A stretch of 63,219 bases of DNA, the filler included, from Chiloscyllium plagiosum (Eukaryota), in assembly GCF_004010195.1 (NCBI RefSeq). It is 5 parts of one record of this genome, joined end to end, with 100 filler letters (N's around TTAATTAATTAA, not from the genome) between each part and the next. Parts side by side here need not be neighbours in the genome. Positions count along the whole stretch, not along the records: positions 1 to 23,004 come from NC_057714.1; 4 more parts are not named here. One strand, 5' to 3'. The notes under the pieces were generated by a model. It had not been told where the DNA came from. It searched no databases and saw only the letters and a program-made list of their open reading frames with translations. The translations under genes and the position numbers were made by a program. This document shows, piece after piece, positions 1 to 13,390 of the stretch; the stretch's first letter is position 1, and every line of letters starts with the position of its first letter.

Positions 1-598
1 TCGAAGCGGCTGCGGGGGGGGGACGAGACTGTCACACACCTCCTTCTGGAATGTGCCTATGCAGAAGAAGTCTGGAGAGGAATGCAGTGGTGTTTGTAGA
101 GGTTCGTTCCGAGCAGCGCCGTGACGCGGGACTCCGTGCTCTACGGCCTGTTCCTCGGGACGCACACTGAGACGAACATCAACTGTGCCTGGAGGATCAT
201 CAACTCGATGAAGGACGCTCTCTGGGCGGTCCGAAACCTGTTGATCTTCCAGCTGAAGGAGTTGACCCCGACTGAGTGTTGCAGCCTGGCACATTCCAAG
301 GTCCAGGACTACGTGTTGAGGGACGCGCTGAAGCTTGGGGCAACTACCGCCAAGGCGCGGTGGGGCAAGACCACTGTGTAACATCGGCCTGCCTAAAGAA
401 GAACAGGGTGCCCACGCAGTCATTTGGTCTCTGCTGACGCCTCAGCTAAAAATGTAATCGTACGGACCTGTAAATAGGAATGATTACTCTGTTTCAGTAT
501 GCAAACAAATGGAATGTTTACATATGTATGGCATGTCCAACTGTACAGACCATTAAAGTATTTTATGAATAAAGTATATTTTTGAAATAAAAAAAAAG
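1..598 (+). mobile_element. Tx1/L1-clade non-LTR retrotransposon, 3' end (ORF2 C-terminus, 3' UTR, poly(A)); inactive
   Basis: Reads ...SGCGG / DETVTHLLLECAYAEEVW (Cys/His zf-RVT-like knuckle) into ORF 121-381 ending AKARWGKTTV*; in-frame TAG at 97-99; AATAAA then A-tail at ~568-598. Confidence 0.85.
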
Positions 599-1764
599 GA
601 ATCATGACCCAGGAAGGGGTGAGAGATTCTGAGATCTGGGAGCCCTTAAAAAACTTTGACAAATTCTTACTTTGCCCTATATCCAGTTCCCAGTTGTTTT
701 AGCTGAGCAGGAAAATCTTCACTATTTCCCTGGTTAGATCTCTGATTAAAATTGGATGTTGAGGTCTGATAATATTAAGTGGATGTTGACCTCACCTCAG
801 AGGCAACAAGATTGCTGAAGCAAAAAATAGAGATGTTGTCACCATGGTACATGAGAAGACGTTTGGGTTGGGATTAGTGCAGGTCAGTGGGTAAATTTTA
901 TTCTTTTTTTTATTTTGTTTTATTATGTCCATTGCTTTATGACTGTGGTTAAGATTTTCCATTTTCCAGCTTAAATGTCGGGTGTGGGTGTATTGGATGG
1001 AGTCTGACTCTCCTCCTTCCGCAGTAAGAATGCTTGCTGAATAGGGCTCCAATCAGCTTATTCAGAGTTGACTATTAAGCTTCTCAACGAATCCCAGGTC
1101 TCAATGTCAGCAAGCTGGCAGCTTCTGATTCCAGACTTCATCAGTGGAAGCCTAACCTTCAAAAGGATCTAATGGTGACAAGGCAAATCTTTTTCTTTTG
1201 AGTGTCATGGAGTGGGGCCACAGGCAGAGAGTCAAGTGCAAATGGGAGGCTTTCAGGGCCCACACATCTCTGCCCCAGATTTGGGCAAGTGAAATTCCAC
1301 CTCTTTCCCACCATCGGCCCAGCCATTTCTCATCTGTCGAGAAGGCAAATATTTTGACTGGTGGTAAATTCAGGCCTTTAATTGGCTATTAATTGACCAT
1401 TAAGAGATTTAGTTTATAGACCATAAGAAACAAGAATAAGAGTAGGCCTGCTCTGCCATTCAATAAGATCATGGCTGATCCAAAATTCCTCATGTCCACT
1501 TTCCTTTGTTTTTCCTGTAATCCTTGAATATGTGCCCAATGGATATACTCACCTAGCACTTCCTTACACAGGCAGCAAGAAGGGAATCAGTACCACTCCA
1601 GAGCAAACTCACTCAATGATTTGCCCTTCTCCCACCTTCATTATCTCCAAGGACAGGGAAATGGTGCTTTATGTCACCAATAAGCACATCCTTTCCACAT
1701 TAAAGATGGCCTAGAATTGCAAGAAAGTGTTTATGAGTAAAGAAACCTCATTGTATTTGTGTCA

Positions 1765-1970
1765 TCATAGCCTTACCAGACCACAGGGCTATTCTCTCAT
1801 TAGACAGAGACAACTGGTGGTGATTTAACCTGAAGGTCACCATACTACAGGTGAGGCGAGAGGTTGAGTCCTTCATGATAACCTGAGCCAGCAATGAGAA
1901 TTGAACCCATGCTGTTGGCATTACACTGTTTCATAAACCAACTGTCCAGCCAACAGAGCTAAACCAACCC
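1765..1970 (-). mobile_element. tRNA-derived SINE (same family as 12985-13172)
   Basis: Minus strand has A-box TAGCTCTGTTGG and B-box GGGTTCAATTCT; aligns by eye with 12985-13172. Confidence 0.7.
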
Positions 1971-3630
1971 TCAAACAAAAACTTAATACTGTATTTCACT
2001 TATTTTTTGATGCTGACAATAGGTTGAGAGAAGCAAAGGAAGATCCATCCGCTGCAATGACATCCCTTACTTTGATGGGATCAGAAACCGAAAAAACAAT
2101 GCACAGTGCTTTGTATAGTTTCTGGTGGAAAACAAACCCCCATCTATTTCCCTGTGCTGGGGAAATAATTTAACCGACTTTATTCTGAACTAATACATTT
2201 AGCATTTAGAATGGGTGTGTGGCTTTATTGAATATAGATAAATGTCATAAAATGTCATTGCAAATTCAGGCTTTATTCTTCATCCCATCCAGCAAGCTGT
2301 GTTGTTCCCGACTTTTACAAATTTGTTCATTACTTGATCAATTAATCAATTTAACTTGGATTGTTGGCATAAGTGGAATGCTCAAAAGAGAGCATATTAA
2401 AGCTAAAACAATTATTATGCTCAGTTTGTCAGTGCCATACTTTTCCTTCACACAAATCTATATGTAAAGTGGAGAGTCTTAGTCAATTTATGATTTAGCC
2501 TCCACTTCAATATCATAAATATTGCATGAAAATTGAAATGATTCAGTTTTGCATTCTTTTCTGCTTCGAACTGATGTTGCTCATTGCTGCTGGCTAATCT
2601 CAAATCAAACATTTTAAATCATGTGTTAGCAGGGTCATGTTGTGACTTTGTTGCAAACTGTCTGGTTTTGAGACTCAATAACTGAAGCAGTTACTGAATT
2701 GAAGGTAAAACGTATGAATTCCAATCTGAAGTTATTTTCATTTCAGAGCATGGAATTGCATTGGAAGGTGTAGGGTAAATAAAATGTCTATATAGAAACA
2801 TAATGACATTTAACATGTGTGACAATTATTTGCACTATTATTGGTGCTATTGATAATAATTTTGTGTTCCATTCCATGGAGCATGTGAAGGAATAGGAGT
2901 GTACAGCAGAATGCTTATGGATAAGGGTGCACCTTACCTGAAAATAAAATAAAATGACCCACAGCTAATGCTTGTGAAATGAAGTTGAAACAACCTGACT
3001 GTTCAATGACATTAAGTAACATGTCAAAGGCCATCTTAAACTAATGGACTTTTATTTAAGGAGAAAACAAAAAGCCGGGCTCATTTATTTCTCACAGGAA
3101 TTCATATTGATTTTTCTTTCATCATTAGCTGTTCAGTTAGAATTTTGCCTATGCAAACAAATTCCCAATGGATCAGCTTACTTGCTATATACTTGCTGTT
3201 TTACTTAAATGAATAAACAGCATTGATTTCTGAAAGAGAGTGAGGGACTAAACATCAGAATGCATTGCTGTGATAAATGAATATCTTGCCACATTGAAGG
3301 ATATGGTTTATTGGTTTCTCGTATTATTGATGTGCTGCTGCATTGAATGAATGGAACAAGAGTTGCAGCAAGAAAGCACTGGCTCTAACATCTGGTTATA
3401 TAACAATCTTGAACTCAAACACATTTACTCTTACAAACCAAAACACCTTCCTTATGGCCATTGTAACATTTTGGTTGAGTGATTGATCCTAATAAATTGA
3501 TTTGAGTTTGAATGTTATAGTTGATTAGTTTTTCAGTGTCAATCCCAGAGCGCTATTGCAGCATTTCTGTCAGTTTTATTGACTTGTGAGAAAGAGGAGC
3601 TTAACTGCAGACTTCAGCAGTTCTTTGTTT

Positions 3631-3765
3631 GGAGAAAGTGAGGACCGCAGATGCTGGAGAGTCAGAGTCAAAAAGTGTGGCACTGGAAAAGCACAGCAAG
3701 TCAGGCAGCATCTGAGAAGCAGGAGAGTCAATGTTTTGGGCATAATATTCCTGATGAAGTTCATT
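3631..3765 (-). mobile_element. Penelope-like element terminal fragment
   Basis: GGAGAAAGTGAGGACCGCAGATGCTGGAG...GCAGCATCTGAGAAGCAGGAGAGTC, the same terminus as 44201 and 17640-17684. Confidence 0.75.
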
Positions 3766-4329
3766 TGGGTTTTGTTGCTGATGCTAATTCTAAAAAGGAG
3801 CCAAAGTTCTGGTTCTGGTTCTGGTCTGCACCGAAGGATATCGTAAAGGTGTTCAGCTTTTATTTCTCAGGAATACAAACTGGTTCTTCTAATTGCTTTC
3901 ACAACATTTCATAAAGTTGATCACAATTTTTTTAAACTTTTCATTCCACATTTGGATTTCCCTGCCATTCTCTTCAATTGCTATTGGAAATTCTTAAAAG
4001 GAGTAGTTTACATTGTACTAAAACAGAATGTCAAACCAGAAAACTTGATCAAATATTTCTTCATAATCACTCTCTACAAACCTATAACATTAGCTTTGTA
4101 ACAGAAGATAACTGCTAAAGTCATAATTTTCAATTAATAGTTTTATATCTGATTCTCAAACAGGTTTTGGGGCCAGATCTATAAGTGCAATCCACCAATT
4201 TTCTATTCTTTTGGTAAGTCAAAGATGGGGCACATTTTCGACTGGACAGTTCTTTGTAAGTTCTTCCACATTTGCCAGCAAGACTATTTCACTGCTCTTA
4301 GGAAGGTCTGAAATGTTTGATGAAATACA

Positions 4330-4770
4330 AGAAATAGGAGAAGGATGAGGCAATTCAGACGCTTCAACCTGCTCCACCTTTCAATACAAATGTAGTTGAT
4401 TTCATCTCAGCTTCAACTCCACTTTCCAGCCTGTTCTCCATAACCGTTCAACCCATTACTGATTAAAAATCTATCTCCCTCTTAAATTTACTCAACGTTT
4501 CAGCATCTATCGCACTTTGAGATAATAAATTCTGCAGATTCATGAGGATTTGAAAGAAGTAATTTTGTCTCATCTCTGTTTTTAATCTGCTCCCCCATCC
4601 TAAAATTATAACCTCTCATTCAAGATTAACCCACATGAGGAGACATCCTTTCTGCATCTACATTATTAATCCCCTGTAGCACCTTATATCTCCTTTAGAG
4701 ATCTCCTCTCTTTTGTCTAAACTCCAAAGAGTATATGCATAAGTTGCTCAATCTCTCTTCATAAGACAAT
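4330..4770 (-). mobile_element. CR1 LINE 3' fragment, degraded
   Basis: Similar to the CR1 3' ends at 19133-19550 and 21963-22360. Confidence 0.7.
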
Positions 4771-5919
4771 TTAGTCAACTAGAACATATTACGTTTTATT
4801 CCAGTCGACTAAATGAATGCAAATGTTGCTTTAAAGTTTCAATTAGTATAATCACTTCTATTAAGTAAAAGAACACACTTTTTAGGTGTTTTTAATTGTC
4901 ATGCACAAGGCTGCTGTGTGGGATCTGACTGGGATTGTTTACATTTTTGAAGCTGGAGAAGGTTATTATTTATTCAACAACTTACTTGCAACTTTTGATA
5001 CACAAATTGAGGCTGGAATAGATAGGGGAATATATCTTTTAGAGAGAGGGATAAGGGTTTTACAAACATTTCTACAGCATGGACACTTACGTGTTTGAAT
5101 TTCTTGAAAATTTCAGGAGTAGCTTTTCCAGGAAGTGTGTTTCAAAGTTCCCAGAAATCCTTGTGACAGGTTATGTAAGTTGACAGAGTGATTGTAGGTT
5201 CTGAAGGTGCATGAGGATTTTGAGAGTTTCTTAATTTTTATTAAGGAATTTCCTCGACATTCAGACACTGAGAAAGTGAACAGGAGGTAAGGGTAAGAGT
5301 GAATGCAGCCTGAATAGAATATGCATTAGCATGTGTCTAGAGTCAGGCTGGATTTTCATCAGAGAGTTGAGTGCACAGAGTCAGAATAGTTGCCCAGTCT
5401 ACACACCTGACTTTTAAAAATTACATTCTGAATCTCAAACTTCCAGACTTGGCAACAGGATACATGAGGAGTTAATAGATAGGAGTGGGTGAGGTGAGCA
5501 CCCTGTGGCAGACAGTGCCACTGGGAAAAGCATCATCACGGTTTCTCAGTCCAGTAAAACAAATCTCCCAACCTACTATGGTGGCATTTAAACTCATGTG
5601 CTGAGAACCTTAGCCTGTAGCACTGGATTACTTGCCCTGTGACATTGTCATTATGTCACCATCTCCTCAAAATGGGGGGAGAAAATACCTATCTTCAAAT
5701 TTTTAGCTACTTTACTGCAGAGAGAAGAGAGATGTTTCTTCCAGTCTGCTGTTCTTCAGCCTCTGTATATTTCATGCAAACTCTGTCCATCTGCCCATGG
5801 GCCACTCAGAGAGTTGTTGTCATGCTGATGACTCACGTCCTAATTGAAAAACCAATCAGCAGTCTGCCAAAGCTTGCTGTAATCACATATCCATGGTTGA
5901 ACAAAGCAACAATGTAAAT

Positions 5920-6162
5920 GTGGGTGGCACAGTGGTTAGCACTGCTGCCTCAGAGCACCAGACACCCGGGTTCAATTCCCGCCTCAGGTGACTGACTGTG
6001 GGGTCTGCATGGGTTTCCTCCCACAGTCCAAAAACCTACAGGTTAGGTGAATTGGCCATGCTAAATTGCCCATAGTGTTAGGTGTAGGCGAATGGGTGTG
6101 GGTGGTGGGTTGGTGTGGATTTGTTGGGCGAAGGGCCTGTTTCCACACTGTAAGTAATCTAA
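5920..6162 (+). mobile_element. HE1-type V-SINE with internal deletions
   Basis: GGTGGCACAGTGGTTAGCACTGCTGCCTC head, B-box GGGTTCAATTCCC, tail GAAGGGCCTGTTTCCACACTGTAAGTAATCTAA. Confidence 0.85.
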
Positions 6163-6321
6163 AACATTTCTAAACCTTATTATGTCTCTGTGCTAACCAC
6201 AACTTACAATGAGTTCCAGTAACTTGTGTTTAAAATTGCAGCAATTTCTTTTACAGTCCTTAGTTTGCAGAAGTATTTTTCCCCATTTTGGACCAAAATT
6301 CAAAAGGGAGAAAAATAAAAT

Positions 6322-6497
6322 TATAGAAATTGCTAGAAAAGCTCAGCAGGTCTGAACCCTCCATTCTGAGGAAGGGTCAATGGATCTGAAACATTAACTC
6401 TGATTTCACTCAGATGCTGCCAGACCTGCTGAGCTTTTCCAGCAATCTCGATTTTTATTGTTTCTGATTTTCAACATCTGTAGTTCTTTTGATATTT
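6322..6497 (+). mobile_element. Penelope-like terminal fragment with inverted head and degenerate hammerhead core
   Basis: GAAAAGCTCAGCAGGTCTG (~6336-6354) is inverted relative to CAGACCTGCTGAGCTTTTC (~6421-6439); CTGAGGA-stem-GAAA at 6366-6391; AAATAAAATT on both sides. Confidence 0.7.
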
Positions 6498-6599
6498 AAA
6501 AAGAAATAAAATTGTCATGTTTGCAATTAATAGTGGTGGATTTTTACTATACAAATATTAACTGGAAGTTTTAATGTATAAGGTGCAAAGTGTACAGGA

Positions 6600-8392
6600 G
6601 GCAAAATTCTTAAATTGCATCCAGGAGAACCTTTTCTCTCTAGTACAATGGAGGGAGCAGTCCTGGATCCACAACATGGAACTAAGTCCAGGCAGACAGA
6701 AGGCCTAACAGGAGCAAAGCATTTTGGAGATAGTGACCATAATTCAGTTAGATTTAGGATAAGCATGGGCCATGAATAAATGTTCTAAATTGGGGAAAGG
6801 CTAATTTTAGTTCAGATACAACTTGGTCCAAGCAGATCATATCATTGGCAGTCCCTCGCAGATGAGAGTGACTCTTTTTCACTGTCAAGGTGAGTGTGTA
6901 GGTAGCTGTAAAGATAGATGGGGCTTCCACAGGCCCTGTTACACTTGGGGCAGATGGTGGTCATGGAAATGTGTGGGTGGGGCATTTGCATGTCAGCACG
7001 ATCCTTTCACTGTTTTGCCTGGCGTCCACTTTTTCCTGACGGCAAGTCTCGAGATGCTCGATACCTTCCCTGATGATCCTCCTCCACTTTGGACGATCTT
7101 GGGCCAGCGATCCCTTGGTGTCTGCGGGAATGCTGCACTTTACCAGTGAGGCCTTGAGGGTATCCCTGAAGCTTACCTGGGATTCACCTGCCATTTTGAA
7201 GCTGGGAGTACAGCCCAAGTAGACCGAAGCAGCTACCTGCAAGAAAAACCTGTGTCAGATTTTATATATATTAATATGCATATAATTTTAAAAAAATACT
7301 ATATTTAATATAAATATATAATATATAATTTTGCATATGTCTAATAGATAAAGAACAAGAAGATAAGTAGGAATGAGTAGGACCCATTAGGGACCATAGA
7401 GTTAATTTCTGTGTGGATGCAGAAGAGGTGGGCTTCACCATGAATAAAAAAGGACAAAGATATGGATATCTGTGGAATAGGAAACCGTGAAATATTCCAA
7501 GAAATTAAAATTGATAGAAAGGGGAAGTACTTGTGGGATTAGCAACCATAAAAGTGGATGAATCCGCAGGTGTGGATGAGATGTATCCCAGACTGTTGAA
7601 AGAGTCAAGGAAAGAGATATCAAAGGCCCTGGCATTAATTTTCACATCCTCTCTGGCCACAGGTGAGGTGCCAGAAGACTGCATCGTGCTAATATTAAAA
7701 AAGGGAGGAAAGGGCCAGCCGAGAAATTACAAGCCAGCCTAAGAAGTGATTGAAAAGAATTATGAGGCACAGAATATGTCTGTACTTGGAAGGACATGCA
7801 CTGATCAGCCACATTCAACATCGATTTGTTAAGGGAAAATCACATCCGACAAATCTCATCAACTATTTTGAGGTGGTAACTAGGGGCTTGTTAATAAGGG
7901 TGGTGGCCTTCAGCCAGACTTTTGCTAAGATACCCCATGTCAAACTGGTCAAGAAATTAAGAGCCCAAGGGATCCAAAGCAAATTGGCCTTTTGGGTCCA
8001 AAATTGGCTGAAGGCCAGAAAGCAGTTTCTCTGATGACTGTTTCTCTGACTGAAAGATTGTTTCAAGTAAAATCACACATAGCTTGATGCTGGGGTCATT
8101 ACTGTTTGTGATGTATATTACTCATAGATAGGGTGTTAAATAGTAAGATTGATAGTCATTAACTGCAGAAGAATGTCAACAGCCTGGTCACAGGTGGACA
8201 TAGCAGTGCAAATGAAATTCAACACAGAAAAATGTGAAGCATTGCACTGAGGCAGGGCAAACCAGGCAAGGGAATACACAATGAATGGTAAGATGCTGGG
8301 AAGTTCTGAAGATCAGAGGGACTTTGGTGTGCATATCCACAGATCACTGAAGGTAGCAGGGTAGCTGATTAAGGTGGTTAAGAGGCATATGG
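6600..8392 (+). mobile_element. CR1 LINE ORF2 relic (endonuclease end to RT), interrupted by an RTE fragment and an AT-rich tract
   Basis: Frameshifted CR1 motifs DEMYPRLLKE, SSLATGEVPED, QHRFVKGKS..TNLINYFE, FAKIPHVKLVKKL..GIQSKLAFWVQNWL. Confidence 0.85.
6835..7240 (-). mobile_element. RTE-clade LINE 3' fragment
   Basis: FRDTLKASLVKCSIPADTKGSLAQDRPKWRRIIREGIEHLE is typical of RTE ORF C-termini. Confidence 0.75.
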
Positions 8393-10624
8393 GTCAAACA
8401 GCCTGTGCTACTCCAGCAATCATTGGCCATCGGAATATCTAGGCGAATGACTTCTATCATCAGCACAACCAAACACACACATTGAAAGTTTATTTCCTGA
8501 TCTGTACTAAGCTAATTTATGAGAATAATCAGCAATGGATGTGTCACAGCTATTCTCTATTTTCATGTTGAAAGAATTGAAAGTCAGTTACCATCTCTGC
8601 TGACAGCAATCTAGTAACCTGTGTTAATAAATAAGCACCTGTGAGTGATAGTGATCAGGGTCAATTTTGGCTCTTGAACCAAGCCCCATTATCGACTAAT
8701 TAATGACCTTCCCACTGTGGATCACCATGTCCCTGACAGTAGAGGACACAATTAGTTATAAAACATTAAGTGTATTACATTTCAGTGGATGCTGTTTCCA
8801 AAGATCTATTTTTAGGGCACTTTTCCAATCACCATCACATATTAAAACATCACTGTGATCTTAAAATGAAAGTACTTCATCACATTAACACACATACTAA
8901 CTGAAATACTTCAATATTTATTTAGCTGCATGTTAGTACACCATTTTTTATTCTGCTTTGAATGATGGCTCTCAAATTTCACAAAATACTTTGATTGTGA
9001 CTGAAGAATTGAAGATTTTACTATGCACCCCTAAACTGAAGGACAAAGTAAAGCAAAATAATTTTCTGCCATGAGTCATGGCACCAAAGGAACGCTGGTG
9101 TGAAGTAAAAGTACATAATTAATCTGTGTCAATGGCAATTATACATAGTCAGTGAACAACATGCTATTTTGAGGCAAAACTAGATTCATCTGTGTGATAT
9201 ACAGTAGAATTTTTTATGAGTGCATATTTGCAGCTATGTTCTATTAAACTGTACTACCATTAATTATATTGGCCCTAACTTTTATTGTTAACTTTATCAG
9301 AGACAATAAAATATTGGTACTTTAGATAGAATACTGTCATCAATCCTTCTTTCTCTGATTGACTGATGGAGTTCTGGTTGTTTATGGCAAAGCATTAACT
9401 ACTCACCAGAAAAGCATTTATCTTAATTAACAAGATGAGGTTTATTACAACACAATTAATGTATATAGGTTACATTTTTACTGATGGTGACATTAGAATA
9501 GGAGACATGATTATCTCCAACTGCCCAATATTCCACTGAAAAGCTCAGTTATACGGCAAAGTGGATGGAACTTCTGTTTATCTCAGATTAACACTTCCAT
9601 TTTCATTGTTTTATACAACAGTTAAGATTACAAAAAATACTTCCTCATTTAAAGTTGTTTTCTGTCACTGGGCCTACTTGCACTAAAGACTTTTTTGGGA
9701 CTGAGGAGGTGAATTGGTTTTCATGAAGACCTCCATTATACAAGTCAAAATGGATGGCCCCTACAGCTCTCCTCTGCTCTAACCTCTGAGCTGAGTGCAA
9801 CTGAGGCTAGGAACTGAACTTTGTGGAGGAATCACAGCAGTAAGCTCAGGCAGAGCATATTGCAAAGTGATTTGACATGTTCTTAACTGTTCCTCCAGAG
9901 GAGTGAAGTATGTATAATGAATATAAGTCTGAGAGATCATGGATTGTTCAGGTTTCTGAAGCTGTGTGTTTTTGTTACTTTTTAAAGTCTCTACTTTTGC
10001 TTCTGTTTTAGTTATGTTGGTATCACACACTAATATCTATATTCAATCAACTTTCATATGGATACTGTTTAAGAGAAACACAACTGATAATGAAAACTTT
10101 TAAATGGAAATAATTTAAAGATAAACTAAAGAAGGGCCTTGAAGATTTCAAGTGATGGGGCTGCGACTGTTTCCTTTAGCAGCTTATACTAATGTTGGGT
10201 GTCATTGGAAAGAATGCTTTTGTACTGTGACTTCTATTCCAAACCTTGGAACACGAAAGTGACATTATTTTAGTTCCCATATTATCTTGAATAAAATAGG
10301 AAGTTATTTCCTCTTATCTTGACTGACACCTCATGGCATCTGCCACCTTTGCCAGTATATGGTTCAGAGAAAGGAACCATGTTTGAAGTAGCTCACTGTT
10401 GCCAATCCTCCTTTGCCTACACTTAGTCTGGGATCTGTTTATTTATCATGATAGAGGACACACCATTGGGAGATTATTTACAGAAAATGCATTGTTCTTA
10501 GTTTATATGGAGGCTTTTCATGACAGCAAAAGTACAACTACATTACAACTCAGGCAGTGACCAGTAACAATTTAAGGACCTTAATTAGTGGCAGAATAAA
10601 CTAGAAATCTTGAATTTCTGAATT

Positions 10625-10815
10625 ATTTTTTCACAGGATTTGGGCAGGCTTGGCTAGGCCAGCATTTACAGCCCATCCCTAATTACCCAGATGGCAGTTA
10701 AGAGCCAATAACACTGCTATTGGTCCTGAGTTATATATTGGCCAGATCAGATAGGGATTACAGACTTCCTTCCCTAAAGGGGATAAGCGAACCAGATGGG
10801 GTTTTAATTACAATT
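10625..10815 (-). mobile_element. tRNA-derived SINE fragment (family of 60788-61117)
   Basis: GGCTAGGCCAGCATTTA..CCCATCCCTAATT..GGCAGTTAAGAG block shared with 15930, 26925, 36500 and 60788 copies. Confidence 0.7.
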
Positions 10816-11579
10816 ACCAAATATTATCTGTTCCCCATTTTCTTGGAAGCAAGGTGCAATCTCAATCAGTTAGTTTCTGTTTGGATGAAAAACAAGTTGC
10901 TTTTGCAAGTGGGAATATTCCCCTGAATTTGCATTCTTGTGAAAAATATTGGTGTGGCCTCTCACATTCAGTGTGCTGGCTATATTGCTTATTCCATAGG
11001 CTTTGAGGCCAAATTTATCATCAATATCTACAAATTGAGTGAGATTATTCACCGCAGCAAAAAAAGGAGGGTGGAAGCAAGACTTTTTCCTGTATTAACA
11101 AACTTAACATGCCAAAACAATGGTGCAAGGCAGCAGTTGAGTACTATCCCACAAGAAACACCACTGTGAAGAGATTGATTATGATTTTCTGGACCACAAT
11201 TTCCCACATATTAACCATCAATCTTGGCTGTTCTAATAGGAATAGTGTGGCACAGAGCCCAGATTATGCCTGCAGGGAAAGAGAAAACATTAAATTTTAA
11301 CGAAATAGAGTCATTTCCTGTCCATCTCCTGAGGCTGGTTATAGAATGCTATTGGCAGAAACCCAGGAGGAGTCCAGGCATGCACTTGATAGCAGATGTT
11401 CCATGATACAAATGAGAGTAAAAACTTTATTGGCATGATTCTGTGCTGAGCCAAAATATTTTCCAAATCAACCTGTTCAGAGATGCCGTCACACACTTTT
11501 GGGGTGGATAGAACTTGAACACAGGTCACTTTATTGGGAGATAGATACAGTATAACTGTGCCACAAGAGCACTTATATT

Positions 11580-11926
11580 GAGTCTATGTTGTTCTTTATG
11601 AGTGGATGCTTCCTCTTGTGGGGCATTCTAGGAGGAGAGGTCATAGTCTTGGGATAAGGGGTAGCAAATTTAAAACAGAGTGGGGGAGAAATTACTTCTC
11701 CCAAAAGGTTGTGAATGTATGGAATTAGCTACCCTGAACTGAGATGAATACTGGGACATTGAGTAAATTTAAGGAAGTGTTAGACAGATTTTTAATTTAT
11801 AATGGGTTGAAGGGTTATGGGAGAAGGCAGGAAAATGGGGGTGAGGGGCATATCAGCCATGATCGAATGGCGGAGTAGATCCGATGGGCCAAGTGACCTA
11901 ATTCTGCCCCTATATCTTATGAACTT
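11580..11926 (+). mobile_element. CR1 LINE 3' fragment
   Basis: Encodes degraded RGHSL..RNYFSQKVVNVWN; typical CR1 3' UTR. Confidence 0.8.
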
Positions 11927-12984
11927 AGATTTCCATTTTACCAATGTGTCCTTCTATTAAGATTGCTTAGTCATGTCATTTCGAACATATTTACTCCCAC
12001 AGATTATAATATTACAGGCCACAAATGAGCATAATGGCTAGTGTGTAGGAATTTCTTCTATTATTTTCTTCCTCTTGTGTACTGTAGAAAGTGAAATGAA
12101 ATATTATTTGCCCAGTGCCGGTGTTGCTTGTTATTGTGTTGATATTACTCACAGCCTAATGTATTTGTCTATGAAGATCATTAGTTCTTGTCCTGGGCTT
12201 CTCCACAACATCTACAGAATGAGCTGCACCTGCACACTATTGCAACCCACCATTTGCTGCTTAAAACGTGTGAAGCAAAGATATTGCTTTAAAAGGTAGA
12301 TAGAAGTTAACAATTTTAAAGCATGTAGAATAAAATAGCAGTAATCATGTAATTATTTTCACGCTGCGTAATTATTCTGATGGTGCTTATTTACCACACT
12401 GAGGGAGTTCATGGAATGACATTTTCACTTTTTACTTCTTCAGGTAGCTTGTTAAGCATTAAATTTTTCTGAGCTGTGAATCTTCTCTCTCCAATTCAGA
12501 GGTGATATCCCAGTGGATTACAGTCATGTAGATATTAAATTATTCTGTTGGTTGCTTCTGTAGATTTCACTTGATCTTTGTCAATTAGCAAGAACAGCCA
12601 AATGTTGCAACACAGGGACTGATAAAGTATAGTATATCCCCACTGTTTTTCTCAGTCAGCTGCAGCACTGAGCAACAGCTCATAATTTTGTGATTTCAGT
12701 TTCTATCTTAGCCCCCTCATCTTCTCTCTGCTCGCACTACTGTCTGTCCTGTCCTCCCAAAACCTATCCCTCCAAATAAGCTTTGCATTCCCCTTCAATC
12801 CTGCATCTTGTAATCTCCCACGCTCTTTCTAGTCTCATTGAATTGAGCACAGGCAGTCCCATGCCTGACCATGTCCCAATATCCCTGTTTAGTTTGACCT
12901 ATTTCAAACAATTAAAATTTGTATTTTCAGAATGTCTCTAATATGATTGAATATCCTAAGATCCTTCACATAAGCATAACGGGG

Positions 12985-13172
12985 TTCATCAGCTGGTTTG
13001 TGTAAAACAGTGCAGTGCCATCAGTGTGGGTTCAATTCCTGCACTGGCTGAGGTTACTATGAAGGATTCTCCTTTCAATCTCTTCCCTCACCTCAGGTTA
13101 AACCAGTACCAATAGAGTCATCTCTCTCTATTGAAAGAACAGTTCTATGATCTGGTGGGAGAATGGCAACTT
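12985..13172 (+). mobile_element. tRNA-derived SINE
   Basis: B-box GGGTTCAATTCCT; homologous to 1765-1970. Confidence 0.65.
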
Positions 13173-13174
13173 TA

Positions 13175-13390
13175 TACAGGTTGTTTCTCTTTAATGCGTG
13201 TTTTGTTAACACAAATTCGCTATATCACAATTGATGAATTGGGGAAACTGTTTCTAAAGCATGAAGTTTTAAAGCGTGTATTTGTCATAATGTGATTCCA
13301 ACCTCCATTCATTTAAATGGTGCTGCTATTTTCTTATAACACAGGATTACATGAGAATGGAAGTACTATGTTATAACAGAACTGACTGTA
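13175..13390. mobile_element. Tc1/mariner (Tigger-like) non-autonomous MITE
   Basis: TA-CAGGTTGTTTCTCTTTAA...TTATAACAGAACTGACTG-TA: imperfect terminal inverted repeats flanked by TA. Confidence 0.55.

Noticed and set aside
2023..2118. Possible plus-strand terminal exon VERSKGRSIRCNDIPYFDGIRNRKNNAQCFV*
   Set aside because: An acceptor-like AG precedes it, but I recognise no protein and no partner exon; it needs BLAST or RNA-seq.
7260..7335. AT-rich tract and other microsatellites ((TTCTGG)3 at ~3807, (TGTAC)n at ~42823, (CA)/(CT) at ~31345)
   Set aside because: Ordinary simple repeats.
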